From positions 52,775 to 116,774 of the forward strand of contig CANMOZ010000010.1 in assembly GCA_947499545.1 (NCBI GenBank): a stretch of DNA of 64,000 nt. The letters are read 5' to 3'. Numbering within the stretch: the first letter of the stretch is position 1; each line of letters opens with the position of its first letter. Position numbers and translations under genes: made by a program. Positions 39,404 through 49,269 of the stretch are shown one piece after another. The notes below the pieces were generated by a model. The model was given only the letters and a program-made list of their open reading frames with translations, did no database searches and was not told the origin of the DNA. Origin of the DNA: an uncultured Saccharospirillaceae bacterium. GTDB lineage: Bacteria; Pseudomonadota; Gammaproteobacteria; Pseudomonadales; Oceanobacteraceae.

Positions 39404-40162
39404 TTAGAAATACTTTCCATCCAAATTATCCTGTATAATTTTTGAGTACAAGCCGGAGTTTTGAATGATCTTTAATCCTTGATTAAACAGGGGAAGCAAA
39501 TCTTTATTCTCTTCAATATTTTTTGAAAGTATTAGGTGATACATCTCCGTTGTTACAGGAGCAGGATGAAAAGAGAGAGTTTCAAATTTATAGTCTTCTG
39601 CATGAATCCGTAGAAGATAAAGCCCTGCTTCTTTGGCTAAAGGGAATAGCTGTGTTCTACCTGAGACTAGTTTTCTCATGCCCAGCACATCACTTGAGGC
39701 TTCATCAACTGTAAATATTCCAGCTTTCATGTTCTCAGCGAATTCTTTTCCGTAAAAGTAACCTCCTGTTGTGCCAATCGTGTAGCCTTTGAGGTCTTTC
39801 AAGGTAGTCCAAACAAGAGGGGTTTCAGCTTTGTGAAAGAAGACAATGTCTAATACAACCACTGGGTTGCTAAAATAAAAATCTTCCTCGCGTTCAGGGC
39901 TTTTAGACCATATAAGTGATCCATGCCAGCTGGGGTTCTTCTTGGCTAGTTCGTAGGCTCTTTTCCAGGGAGTGAACCCATACTCCACCTTTTTCCCTAC
40001 AGCAGCAAAAGCCTCTGTTACAATATGAGACGTGTAACCGTAGTGTTTGAATTGCTCTGAGTTGTATGGGGCCCATTCACCGTTAGCGAGCTTAATGATT
40101 TCAGTTGAGATGGCATTTAATGAGGCTGTTAACAACAATGTCATAACAAGCTTGTCTAGCAT
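39404..40162 (-). CDS. Orphan family-3 solute-binding-protein-like periplasmic protein (paralog 1 of 7)
   Basis: 252 aa with a signal peptide. Shares a motif pattern with the six other paralogs in the window (...TPWKRA..., ...GYTIGTTGGYFYGKEF...). Confidence 0.55.
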   Translation of the reverse strand: MLDKLVMTLLLTASLNAISTEIIKLANGEWAPYNSEQFKHYGYTSHIVTEAFAAVGKKVEYGFTPWKRAYELAKKNPSWHGSLIWSKSPEREEDFYFSNPVVVLDIVFFHKAETPLVWTTLKDLKGYTIGTTGGYFYGKEFAENMKAGIFTVDEASSDVLGMRKLVSGRTQLFPLAKEAGLYLLRIHAEDYKFETLSFHPAPVTTEMYHLILSKNIEENKDLLPLFNQGLKIIQNSGLYSKIIQDNLDGKYF

Positions 40163-40388
40163 GGGGGCCTCACTTTTAATATGATTCCCTTATAAATTAA
40201 AGCTTATTGATCTTCGTCTTCCCATGATTTAATTGTAACAAGCAATATTGGCTTTCCCGTTAGTTGCTGCTTGGTTTTAGACGGTTTGTGAAGAGTATCG
40301 CATAGCGGTGCTTGTGACTTGCAACAATAAATTTCAATAGCCAGACTATAAGAAGAATGTTTAACTAATTGCGTATAACATAAAAATT

Positions 40389-40970
40389 ATGAGAAAAAAG
40401 AGTTTTTGGTCTATTTCAATGCCATTTATCATACTCGCGGCTGCAGCATTGATAGGTGTAGCTATTTTAAGAGACCCTCGTCTTGTCGGGGTGGGAGCGA
40501 TGCCAAAATGGACTGAATATTTAGTTTACACTGCTCTTATTTGCGGTCTCTCGGTTTACGCTTTCACCTATTATAAAATGAAGGCGCATGAACCAAGCTT
40601 GGAAATTAAAGATGTAAATATTAATAAACTGTTTTATTACATTCCTCTTTTTTGTGCAATTTTTCCAGCTTTCATTGTTCTTGCAATGCAAACCTTGCCT
40701 GTAACAAAAGAAGGTGAAAAGCTTGAATTCTCCGTCATTGATAGACATGTTTCAATTATTGGTATAAGTTCGGATTCCAACACGTTGTACATTATTGAGT
40801 TAGACTCGATTATTGGTAGTACATACTGCAATGCCCATATTGATGAGCCTGCTAGGAAAACACTAGAAAACATGCCTCATAAAATTGAGCTTGAATTGTA
40901 CAAAGGTTTTTTTAATCAAAAATATATCAGTCAGAATGAATGTTTACGAGCATTGAATTTGCGTTCGTAA
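40389..40970 (+). CDS. Hypothetical membrane protein
   Basis: 193 aa with three predicted TM helices. Located between the two direct-repeat copies. No family recognised. Confidence 0.45.
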   Translation: MRKKSFWSISMPFIILAAAALIGVAILRDPRLVGVGAMPKWTEYLVYTALICGLSVYAFTYYKMKAHEPSLEIKDVNINKLFYYIPLFCAIFPAFIVLAMQTLPVTKEGEKLEFSVIDRHVSIIGISSDSNTLYIIELDSIIGSTYCNAHIDEPARKTLENMPHKIELELYKGFFNQKYISQNECLRALNLRS

Positions 40971-41047
40971 TCCGAAGACTGGAGCGGTTAACGATGATAC
41001 AAATAAACCTTCTCCCAATAGAGCAGCTTAAAAGCGCGATTTAATCG

Positions 41048-41168
41048 GAAATCCCGCCAGAGGAAATTCTCTCACCAATCCTAGACACTGAACCCTATCA
41101 ATGACTTAGCGGATAGGGATACCGTGAAATCTGACTCCGAGCGTTTTGTTCTCCAATGGGGCTTGCCT
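41048..41168 (+). repeat. ~120-bp direct repeat, copy 2
   Basis: About 85% identical to 39164-39286, including the hairpin. Similarity stops after CAATGGGGCTTGCC. Confidence 0.75.
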
Positions 41169-41315
41169 GTCGCCATTATGTTAGTAGCGGTGACGGTTAG
41201 GCGACGGTGCCCGTGGTGCTTTGGTGTGTGTAGCGGTCGTTTTAGCAGAAGACCGGATCGTTGCTCTTTTATCGCTGGGCCGTCAAATTCGCAAGCACCC
41301 CGAACAGTTGATTGA

Positions 41316-41500
41316 GTTTCTGCTTCAAGGAAAAAAATAATAGCTTTATTTGAGATTGCCTTTGCGTTAGCGCTGGATCACGAAAACGGCTATGTTCACG
41401 ATAAAAACGATCCAGGCAGCGAAACCATTTACGGCATCAGTCGAACCCATTACCCAGAGGTTTGGGCCAAGGGTGTTAATTTGCAGTTAATTCTGACCTT
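41316..41500 (+). pseudogene. Remnant of a GH108-family (phage-type) lysozyme gene
   Basis: Translation IALFEIAFALALDHENGYVHDKNDPGSETIYGISRTHYPEVW matches the GH108 N-terminal consensus (HEGGYVNDPxDPGGETKYGI). There is no start codon, a stop lies upstream, the reading frame degenerates after about 55 codons, and the eamA start overlaps it. Confidence 0.4.
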
Positions 41501-41553
41501 TAATAGAGTTCCTGGCATACTGCCTACTTTAATTACCAATATGACTGTCCAGC

Positions 41554-42456
41554 ATGAACTCAATTCACCAACCTTTAAAAGGTGCCTTATGGATGCTCAG
41601 TGCAGGGTTAGCATTCGCGACGATCAATAGCCTGACACAAATCTTGGGCATCCGTATGCAGATGAATTCCACAACCGTGGCCTTCATTCAATATGGAATT
41701 GCATTACTGTTTTTTCTTCCTTGGGTCTTTCGAACAGGTATACGACAAACGTTAAAAAGTCGTCACATCCCTTTTCATATCATAAGAGTGATTTTGGCTG
41801 TTATCGGCATACAACTCTGGATTTGGGCATTGAACTACCCAATTCCTATTTGGCAGGGAATTGCACTTTTAATGACATCTCCACTGATGGCAACTTTAGG
41901 AGCGGGATTAGTCTTAAAGGAAACCGTTGGTACTGCTCGCTGGCTGGCGACCATAGCCGGTTTTGGTGGAGCGATGATGATTCTCGAGCCTTGGTCTGAT
42001 GGTTTTAGTTGGGCCACGCTCTTGCCACTGGGTGCTGCATTCTTTTGGGCCAGCTACTCGCTAATGGTGAAACGATTAAGTCAGGATGACTCCTCCAGCA
42101 CCATGGTCATGTATCTACTTTTATTCATGACGCCCTTTAACGCCTTTCTAGCAATCTCAAACGAATTCACAGCCCCCATCAACTCTCTAGCCTGGGGCTA
42201 CCTCATCGCAATCGGCTTACTAACGGCATTTGCTCAATGGGCCATTGCTCGAGCCTACGCGGTGGCCGATGCTTCATTTGTACAACCCTGGGATCACTTT
42301 AAATTACCTGTCAACGTACTTGCCGGTTACTGGGTATTTGGCTGGGTTCCCCCAGGAAACCTTTGGTTAGGAGCCGCCATTATTATAGGAGCCGTGGCGT
42401 TCATAACGCATTGGGAGAATCAATCAAGTTCACGTCAAACCAAAGTCAGCACATAA
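41554..42456 (+). CDS. EamA/DMT-superfamily transporter
   Basis: 300 aa with ten predicted TM helices in two EamA-like halves. Confidence 0.8.
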   Translation: MNSIHQPLKGALWMLSAGLAFATINSLTQILGIRMQMNSTTVAFIQYGIALLFFLPWVFRTGIRQTLKSRHIPFHIIRVILAVIGIQLWIWALNYPIPIWQGIALLMTSPLMATLGAGLVLKETVGTARWLATIAGFGGAMMILEPWSDGFSWATLLPLGAAFFWASYSLMVKRLSQDDSSSTMVMYLLLFMTPFNAFLAISNEFTAPINSLAWGYLIAIGLLTAFAQWAIARAYAVADASFVQPWDHFKLPVNVLAGYWVFGWVPPGNLWLGAAIIIGAVAFITHWENQSSSRQTKVST

Positions 42457-42638
42457 ACGCTTAATCTAAAATCACCTCCGTCTTAGCAACGGGGGTGCAC
42501 ACAACAGCTTCACAGTTCCAGGCAACATACATTATCAATTTGTCCCCTCTATTTAAAAATCCCCAAATTTTCCGCATTCAATTATGCATTGTCCTTTCTA
42601 TTTAACGACCTTCAACTATATTTTCTTGACATCCCCCC

Positions 42639-44000
42639 TTGGATAGCAGGGACGCTAAAATGGACTTACAGAGACAAACTTTTTCAACTTTGCCTTTATG
42701 GAATACTGATCGAACATTCAAAGTCGTGCTTGGTATTCTGATTAGCATTATGACTATGAATCTCTATGCTGATGATGCATTAGAACTTCATGGTTATTTC
42801 CGGTCAGGCAGTAACTATCTATCAGAAGATGCAACCAAAAACGGTGGGTCATGCTTTTCATTACCACACCCCACCAACGACGGTCTTTTCTATCGATTGG
42901 GCAACGAATGTAGAGACTATGCCGAGTTTACTTTTGATAAAAAAGTAAAAACGCAAGACGTTAATTTCAAACTTACTTGGACAATGGACATCGCTGGCGA
43001 TTCAAGAAGCCCAACCTCTGTCGAGAGTTGGTCTAGACGCTCCCGAAACCTATACGTTGAAAGTGATAACTTAATTGAAAACGGGAATCTTTGGATAGGC
43101 CGCCGTTACTATAGAGCGTTAGCTTTTGGCGATATTCATATGATTGATGCCTTTCAAGTGAACAGCAGCGGTAACGGCTTCGGCCTTTCCCATATTGCTT
43201 TTGGTCGTAATTATCTTCATGTCGCTTTAATGGGCATTGGCAGTGAAGAAGAAGATAATCCTGCAACCACCACTGTCGATGAATCTCAAAATTCACAAAA
43301 TCCATTACTGGATATTCGTTATGAATGGCATTTAGAAAACGGCAGTGCATTTAAGTTTGGCATACAGCATCAAGAAGTCAGAGAAGTCTATAAAGACGCT
43401 CCGGATCAGAATGGTTCGACATTTAGTATTCAATGGGAAAAAACGTACGGCATGTGGGATCAACGGACAGGCGTACAATATGCAATAGGCTCTATGGCAG
43501 GCAACCCCGGGTGTTTTGGAACGGATGGAGGAACAGGCTGTTTTAATTATGCAGCCGATGGTGGTGCTCACGGTTATCGCTTGTATAACAATGGTACCTT
43601 TACCTTTGAATCTCCCTTTTTACTTCACTATAACCTGATGTTTGAAAAGACAACCGACGATGAAGTTGTAATGCCTGGGTCGGTTTTAGATCGCGAAGTT
43701 GTGAGCGTCGGTATTCGACCACACTATCAGCTGAATACTTACTGGAGCATGCTGGGTGAGTTCGGTTACAACGTCATGAATCCTAAATTTGACGACGAAC
43801 AAACACTTAAAAAATACACGCTTGCCGTTCAGGCTACTGGGAATTCGGCTAACTTTTGGGCTCGACCATCCATGCGTTTTTATCTAAGCCACTTCGAATG
43901 GAATCGACGTGCACGGGATTCAGGTAGCATGCTGAACGTGCCTGACAGTAAAGACAAGCATGCATTAATTATTGGTGCACAAGTGGAAGTCTGGTTCTAA
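42639..44000 (+). CDS. LamB-family sugar porin (maltoporin-like)
   Basis: Signal peptide, then mature N-terminus LELHGYFRSG (E. coli LamB has VDFHGYARSG). C-terminus ...IGAQVEVWF (LamB ends ...EIWW). The true start may be the Met at 42660. Confidence 0.7.
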   Translation: MDSRDAKMDLQRQTFSTLPLWNTDRTFKVVLGILISIMTMNLYADDALELHGYFRSGSNYLSEDATKNGGSCFSLPHPTNDGLFYRLGNECRDYAEFTFDKKVKTQDVNFKLTWTMDIAGDSRSPTSVESWSRRSRNLYVESDNLIENGNLWIGRRYYRALAFGDIHMIDAFQVNSSGNGFGLSHIAFGRNYLHVALMGIGSEEEDNPATTTVDESQNSQNPLLDIRYEWHLENGSAFKFGIQHQEVREVYKDAPDQNGSTFSIQWEKTYGMWDQRTGVQYAIGSMAGNPGCFGTDGGTGCFNYAADGGAHGYRLYNNGTFTFESPFLLHYNLMFEKTTDDEVVMPGSVLDREVVSVGIRPHYQLNTYWSMLGEFGYNVMNPKFDDEQTLKKYTLAVQATGNSANFWARPSMRFYLSHFEWNRRARDSGSMLNVPDSKDKHALIIGAQVEVWF

Positions 44001-44015
44001 ACGCTGATTGATAGG

Positions 44016-44888
44016 ATGATTAGAATGAAACGTTTCATACTTACAACCATTATTGGAATCAGTTTATCATTCCCAGTATGCTCAGACAGTATATCCATTA
44101 CCCATGTTAAACTGCGCGAGGGTTCAACGTTAGATCAATACGCTTTGGACCTTCTGAAATTCATTGTTAAAACGTCTGGCAAAGAAGGCAGTTATGCTGA
44201 ATTCAAAGAAGTGGGTTCACAAACGCGTAAGGAAGCTCTGATAAAAGATGGGTCATTCGATATTGATTGGCTTGGAGCAACCGGTGAAATTGAAGCACGT
44301 ATTCAGCCCATTCACTTCCCAATACTGAGAGGCTTACTTGGACACAGAATTTTTATCACCAACAAAGAAACAGCGCCTCAATTGAAAGCTGACATGCCAC
44401 TCAGTGAACTACAAAAATTCAAAGTCATTCAGGGGCAAGGATGGGGAGATGTGCCTATCCTTGAAGGCGGTGGTTTTACTAACATGATGACCATTCCAAA
44501 TTTTGACAACATCTTCAAAATGGTTGAAAACAAGCGTGCTGACCTTTTCCCTAGATCCGTTGTTGAACCTTACGGAGAACTTAAAAGTCGATGTGAATTT
44601 GGAGACGACTTTGTTTGCAAAGATCGTAATCTTCTAGTCGATGATAAATTATTAGTCATCTATAAACTTCCTATCATGTATTTTGTTTCACCTAAAAGAA
44701 AAGATCTTTCTGATCTTATAGAAAATTTCTTTACTAATCAGCACGACCAATTTCTTTCATTTTTCAATGAGCATCCCCTCGTAAAAGACGCTCTTGCCAA
44801 ATTGAAAGGAAGAACCATTTATAAAATTGACAATGCTGTTTTAAGCGAAAAAACAGCGTTAATACCTGACAAATATTGGTTAAATTAG
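44016..44888 (+). CDS. Orphan solute-binding-protein-like periplasmic protein (paralog 2)
   Basis: 290 aa with a signal peptide. Similar in length and motifs to the other SBP-like paralogs. Confidence 0.45.
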   Translation: MIRMKRFILTTIIGISLSFPVCSDSISITHVKLREGSTLDQYALDLLKFIVKTSGKEGSYAEFKEVGSQTRKEALIKDGSFDIDWLGATGEIEARIQPIHFPILRGLLGHRIFITNKETAPQLKADMPLSELQKFKVIQGQGWGDVPILEGGGFTNMMTIPNFDNIFKMVENKRADLFPRSVVEPYGELKSRCEFGDDFVCKDRNLLVDDKLLVIYKLPIMYFVSPKRKDLSDLIENFFTNQHDQFLSFFNEHPLVKDALAKLKGRTIYKIDNAVLSEKTALIPDKYWLN

Positions 44889-44895
44889 GTTCTTC

Positions 44896-45726
44896 ATGAA
44901 CATGGAAAACCGATGCAACGCTTCCAGCCGATGGGTTCTGGGAGCGTTAATATTGACGGTTTCATTTCATACAAATAGCCAAACATTTGATGCAGTGACA
45001 GGTGATTGGCGCCCGTATATTTTTGAAGAAGCAGGAAGTGTAAGAGTCGACAAGCCTGGTTTTAGCATCGAGATCGTCAAAACAATATTTAATAAAATGG
45101 GGCACAACCTCTCAATAAAAACCCTTGCCTTTGCGCGGCAAATAGCACTGACGGAATCAGGGGAAGCTGATTTATTAATTGGACTCTATCAGTCCGATGC
45201 TCCGCAATTACGTTACCCTAAAGAACCAATAGCTCTGAGCAGAAACTGTTTTTTTGTATCTCCAAAATCGACATGGCGATACCGAGACCTCAATAATTTA
45301 GATCAAGCAACCATTGGCACCATAAAAGGGTACACCTATGGTCATGCTGAAATAGATAATTATCTTAGCACCCATGAAGGCGCCAATGTAATTCCACTCG
45401 CTGGGTTAGAGACTCAGATGTTGCAGCGGTTATTTCAGCTGTTAGATTCTAAACGAATTGATGTCTTCCCTCAAGATATCAACATTGTGGAGTTTTTCTC
45501 CAAACAGCAAGATGAGCCTATTAGCTATTTAAATGCAGGTTGTTTTAGCCAAGTATTTGCTTACGTGGCTTTTTCCCCAACATTGAGAAAACTGGATGAT
45601 TTAATCAATCAATTTGATCAGGAGATGCAGGAATTAAGACGGTCTGGGGAATTGCAAAAAATCCTTAATCAGTACTTCGTTCAAGATTGGGCTCAAACAG
45701 CTCTCTACAAAAATAGAGAGCTGTAG
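44896..45726 (+). CDS. Orphan solute-binding-protein-like periplasmic protein (paralog 3)
   Basis: 276 aa with a signal peptide and the ...ATIGTIKGYTYG... motif shared with paralog 1. Confidence 0.5.
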   Translation: MNMENRCNASSRWVLGALILTVSFHTNSQTFDAVTGDWRPYIFEEAGSVRVDKPGFSIEIVKTIFNKMGHNLSIKTLAFARQIALTESGEADLLIGLYQSDAPQLRYPKEPIALSRNCFFVSPKSTWRYRDLNNLDQATIGTIKGYTYGHAEIDNYLSTHEGANVIPLAGLETQMLQRLFQLLDSKRIDVFPQDINIVEFFSKQQDEPISYLNAGCFSQVFAYVAFSPTLRKLDDLINQFDQEMQELRRSGELQKILNQYFVQDWAQTALYKNREL

Positions 45727-45749
45727 GTTACCCCTTTCAACTTCATGAA

Positions 45750-46553
45750 TTATTGAGCAATGATTCCACTGCCCGTTTGAGTTTCTGGTTTCACTTGTCG
45801 TTTCAAAGCCGTCAGTTCATTTTTAATGTCGGTTATATTTTTCGCTTGATTTATCCGCGTGGCATCTATAGCTGACAACGCTTTATCAATATCATCCAAA
45901 CGTTTACTTACAGACTGAGGCACTTTGTTTGATTCGCTTTGCAATGCTTCAATTTCTGCCCGTAGCGCTAGCATTTGTGCATCAGAGGCACCTGTTGACT
46001 CTCTGACATCCTCAATTTTCTTATCCAAACCTTTAATAGACGCCGTCAGTTTTTTATCCGCAGCTTTCGATTGACCCAACTGCTTTTTTAACTGACTTAT
46101 TGCAGTGTCATTTTGCTTTTGTTCTTTTTGAAGCGTTTGAATCCAGCTTTTATTGCGTTTATTGGATACGTCCCAAAGCTTTTTGATTTCCGAGTCATGT
46201 GTTTTAATCGTTGCCTGTAAAGCGGTCAATGAACTGCTGGCACTCTCATCGGTGACATTTAACTTATCTTCTAGCCCTTTTACTGATTTTGCCAACATCA
46301 GTAAATCCTGATCCTGCAATGCCAGTTTTTCTTCGGCTTGCTGGAGCGCCCAATATTGCCAACCAGCAAACCCCACCAACGCTGCCACACCTAAATACAA
46401 TAACCACGGTGCTTTTACTTCAGGTTCAAGTGGAGCTGGCGCACTCGCAGGTGTAGACGTTGTTCTGTTAGAAGGGGCGCTCCTTTGACGAAATTCTATA
46501 TCCTCTTGACTCGGCTTAATGCTTAATGAATCCTGATCTTCAACGTGAGACAT
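45750..46553 (-). CDS. Hypothetical bitopic coiled-coil membrane protein (HemX-like architecture)
   Basis: Acidic, Pro-rich N-terminus, a single TM helix (WLLYLGVAALVGFAGWQYW), then about 180 aa of coiled-coil. Confidence 0.55.
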   Translation of the reverse strand: MSHVEDQDSLSIKPSQEDIEFRQRSAPSNRTTSTPASAPAPLEPEVKAPWLLYLGVAALVGFAGWQYWALQQAEEKLALQDQDLLMLAKSVKGLEDKLNVTDESASSSLTALQATIKTHDSEIKKLWDVSNKRNKSWIQTLQKEQKQNDTAISQLKKQLGQSKAADKKLTASIKGLDKKIEDVRESTGASDAQMLALRAEIEALQSESNKVPQSVSKRLDDIDKALSAIDATRINQAKNITDIKNELTALKRQVKPETQTGSGIIAQ

Positions 46554-46631
46554 GAAACCTACCTAATGGTTGAGTTACGCTTTTTGGCTCAATATGCGTA
46601 ATAAATCAAGTGACGCAAGGAGCAACACTCG

Positions 46632-47741
46632 ATGGCAAACTGGATGATTTATGGTGCCACAGGCTATACCGGTTCACGCATAGCGAAACAAGCGAAAAGC
46701 TTGGGACACTCTCCTATATTGGCTGGTCGCAGCGAGCACTTACTGTATAAACTCTCTAAAGAAACTGACTGCCCATACCGAGTCTTTGACCTGCAGAATA
46801 ATAAAGTAGTTCAAAACATGATCCAAGACGTGGATATCTTATTAAACTGTGCAGGGCCTTTTATTTTTACCACTCCTAGATTACTAAGCAATTGCCTCAT
46901 TACCAATACTCATTACTTGGATATCACTGGAGAAGTTGCGGTCTTTGAGTACTGCGCCAAACGGCACAGGCTCGCGGAGGGAGCCCATACACTGATATGC
47001 CCCGGTATTGGGTTTGATGTTGTGCCTACTGATCACCTTGCAGTAGAACTATCAAAAGCATTACCCGATGCAACCCAATTGCATTTAGGATTTAAAAGCA
47101 ATGCTCCACTGAGCCCAGGCACCACAAAAACCATCATTCATAGTTTGGCTAAACCCACTTTTGTTCGATCGAAAGGTGAGCTAGTAGCGACACCCTTTGG
47201 GCTTCATCAAAGAAGCATGGAGTTGAAGGGCGTCACCTACTCAGCCATTAATATCACTTGGGGGGATGTTGTGACTGCGTGGTATTCAACTGGCATCAAT
47301 AACATAGAGGTATACCTACCCCTGTCACCCAAAAAAATTAAGCGACTCAAACATTTACAACCATTACTCACACTGCTAAAGCTCCCTGGCCTACCATCCT
47401 TTATTGGCACCTTTGTAGATTACGTTGTGAAAGGGCCTTCGCAATACAGCTTGGAGTACGATCGTTGTACCCTTTGGGGAGAAGTACAAAATGCACATGG
47501 AGATCGCCGCGAAGCAACTTTTGAGACTCCGAACGGCTATCAATTAACTATTTCAATCGCTACGATCTATATTGGCTGGTTGCTCAGGCAGTCCAACATT
47601 AAAAGTGGTTATCTAACTCCAACGCAATGCTTTCCAGCTGAACTCTTTTTCAGCATGCCTGGCGTATCACCGCTTCAATGGAAAGATCAGCAACCTTTTA
47701 CTTGCCCTGACGAATCAACGACCACAGCGGCCATTGAATAA
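46632..47741 (+). CDS. Saccharopine dehydrogenase-like NAD(P)-binding protein
   Basis: N-terminal Rossmann motif MIYGATGYTGSRIA. 369 aa. Confidence 0.65.
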   Translation: MANWMIYGATGYTGSRIAKQAKSLGHSPILAGRSEHLLYKLSKETDCPYRVFDLQNNKVVQNMIQDVDILLNCAGPFIFTTPRLLSNCLITNTHYLDITGEVAVFEYCAKRHRLAEGAHTLICPGIGFDVVPTDHLAVELSKALPDATQLHLGFKSNAPLSPGTTKTIIHSLAKPTFVRSKGELVATPFGLHQRSMELKGVTYSAINITWGDVVTAWYSTGINNIEVYLPLSPKKIKRLKHLQPLLTLLKLPGLPSFIGTFVDYVVKGPSQYSLEYDRCTLWGEVQNAHGDRREATFETPNGYQLTISIATIYIGWLLRQSNIKSGYLTPTQCFPAELFFSMPGVSPLQWKDQQPFTCPDESTTTAAIE

Positions 47742-47912
47742 TCAGCATCCCACTTATACTTCAATCTCAGCAGGGCCATTGGCAAAATACCCCTACATTT
47801 TGCATGAATAGCGCAGTCTGAGCAGGGGTGCTATTATGCAATTCGATTAGCGAGAAGCTAGGCTCAGACCTAGCCCAACCCATGAGAACACAACTATCGG
47901 GAGTAATGGATC

Positions 47913-48497
47913 ATGGCTTTTGAACTACCTCCACTACCATATGAAAAAAATGCTTTAGCCCCTCATATTTCTGAAGAAACGCTGGATTTTCATTATGGTA
48001 AACATCACAACACTTATGTGGTGAAACTCAATGGCCTAATCGAGGGCACCGAGTTTGCGAATAAAACGCTAGAAGAAATCGTTAAGAGCTCTGAAGGTGG
48101 CGTTTTCAATAACGCTGCACAGATCTGGAATCACACTTTCTATTGGAACTCTTTAAGCCCAAATGGCGGCGGCGAACCCGTGGATGAGTTGGCTAAAGCA
48201 ATTGATGCTTCATTTGGCTCTTTTGCTGCTTTCAAAGAGAAATTCAACGAAATGGCTGTTAATAACTTTGGTTCGAGCTGGACCTGGTTAGTAAAAAATG
48301 TCGATGGAAGCTTAGAAATCGTTAACACCTCAAATGCTGCCACGCCTTTAACAGATGAGAGCAAAACACCTTTGTTAACCTGCGACCTATGGGAGCATGC
48401 GTACTACATTGATTACCGCAATGCTCGCCCCTCTTATCTTGAGGCTTTCTGGAATTTGGTTAATTGGGACTTCGCTGCGAAAAACTTTGCTGGCTGA
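47913..48497 (+). CDS. sodB: Iron superoxide dismutase
   Basis: [27 protein letters not shown] (the Fe-type signature) and DLWEHAYY. Confidence 0.95.
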   Translation: MAFELPPLPYEKNALAPHISEETLDFHYGKHHNTYVVKLNGLIEGTEFANKTLEEIVKSSEGGVFNNAAQIWNHTFYWNSLSPNGGGEPVDELAKAIDASFGSFAAFKEKFNEMAVNNFGSSWTWLVKNVDGSLEIVNTSNAATPLTDESKTPLLTCDLWEHAYYIDYRNARPSYLEAFWNLVNWDFAAKNFAG

Positions 48498-48621
48498 TCT
48501 CGCTTTAGAAGGGTTCTTAATCAAAGAACCCTTACATCTTTAAAGTCACGTTAAGCTGTTTCAAATTATCCAATGAAGAACCTGCTTACATACCTCACCT
48601 CTCTAGGAATGAGCGACTATC

Positions 48622-49200
48622 ATGGAACTTGTCTTAGCGTCTAGCTCTGTCTACCGCCGTGAACGTCTACAAACACTTGGACTTCCTTTCATCAGCCACT
48701 CCCCCAACATTGATGAATCACCTATACCAAATGAGCAACCAGCAGATTTAGTTGAGCGTTTAGCCATTAAAAAAGCGGAAGTCATCGCTGAACAATTTCC
48801 TAATGCGCGCATTATTTCGAGTGATCAAGTAGCCGTTTGCCACCAACGCATTCTAGGCAAAGCAGGCACCCAAGAAAAAGCCATTGAGCAGCTGCATTAC
48901 CTCAATGGTGAGAAGGTGATTTTTTACACTAGCTTATGCTTGGTCAATACAGTATCTAGGAAACGGCAGATCTGCGTCGAACCCTTTGAAGTTCATTTTC
49001 GTACATTAAGTGAATCTGAGATTGTGCATTATGTACAACGAGAGAACCCCATTGATTGCGCAGGTAGTTTTAAATCAGAAGGGCTTGGCATTACGCTCTT
49101 TAAGCAATTAATCGGTCACGACCCTAACACCCTAATTGGACTTCCCCTAATTAAACTGACCGAATTTCTGATTAATGACGGCTTAAACCCGCTAGCATGA
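48622..49200 (+). CDS. maf: Maf-like nucleoside-triphosphate pyrophosphatase (YceF/Maf)
   Basis: LVLASSSVYRRERLQTLGLPF ... SDQV ... KSEGLGI are Maf-family motifs. 192 aa. Confidence 0.88.
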   Translation: MELVLASSSVYRRERLQTLGLPFISHSPNIDESPIPNEQPADLVERLAIKKAEVIAEQFPNARIISSDQVAVCHQRILGKAGTQEKAIEQLHYLNGEKVIFYTSLCLVNTVSRKRQICVEPFEVHFRTLSESEIVHYVQRENPIDCAGSFKSEGLGITLFKQLIGHDPNTLIGLPLIKLTEFLINDGLNPLA

Positions 49201-49217
49201 AAGGCATGTATTTCTTG

Positions 49218-49259
49218 CAGAGATAAAAAAAACCGCAGAAGCGGTTTTTTTATCTCTGC
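49218..49259. terminator. Bidirectional rho-independent terminator (convergent maf / gspD)
   Basis: GCAGAGATAAAAAAAACCGC-AGAA-GCGGTTTTTTTATCTCTGC. Long stem with A- and T-tracts on both sides. Confidence 0.8.
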
Positions 49260-49269
49260 ATCGAGTGAA

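Noticed and set aside
39240-39407. 55-aa GTG-initiated ORF downstream of repeat copy 1 (VKSEAERLAIQWGLPEPANHVDIDSLAKVLGVSSKQTRNLMGKQ...)
   Set aside because: Plausibly a small HTH-like peptide, but it depends on a GTG start, overlaps the convergent SBP gene stop, and its copy-2 counterpart is scrambled. Left as a note under the repeat finding rather than called as a gene.
41124-41315. 63-aa ORF (MKSDSERFVLQWGLP...CPWCFGVCSGRF...) beginning inside direct-repeat copy 2
   Set aside because: Arg/Cys-rich, low-complexity translation. The frame is shared with the repeat only for about 15 codons and then diverges from copy 1, and another frame shows gene-fragment similarity instead. Most likely non-coding debris.
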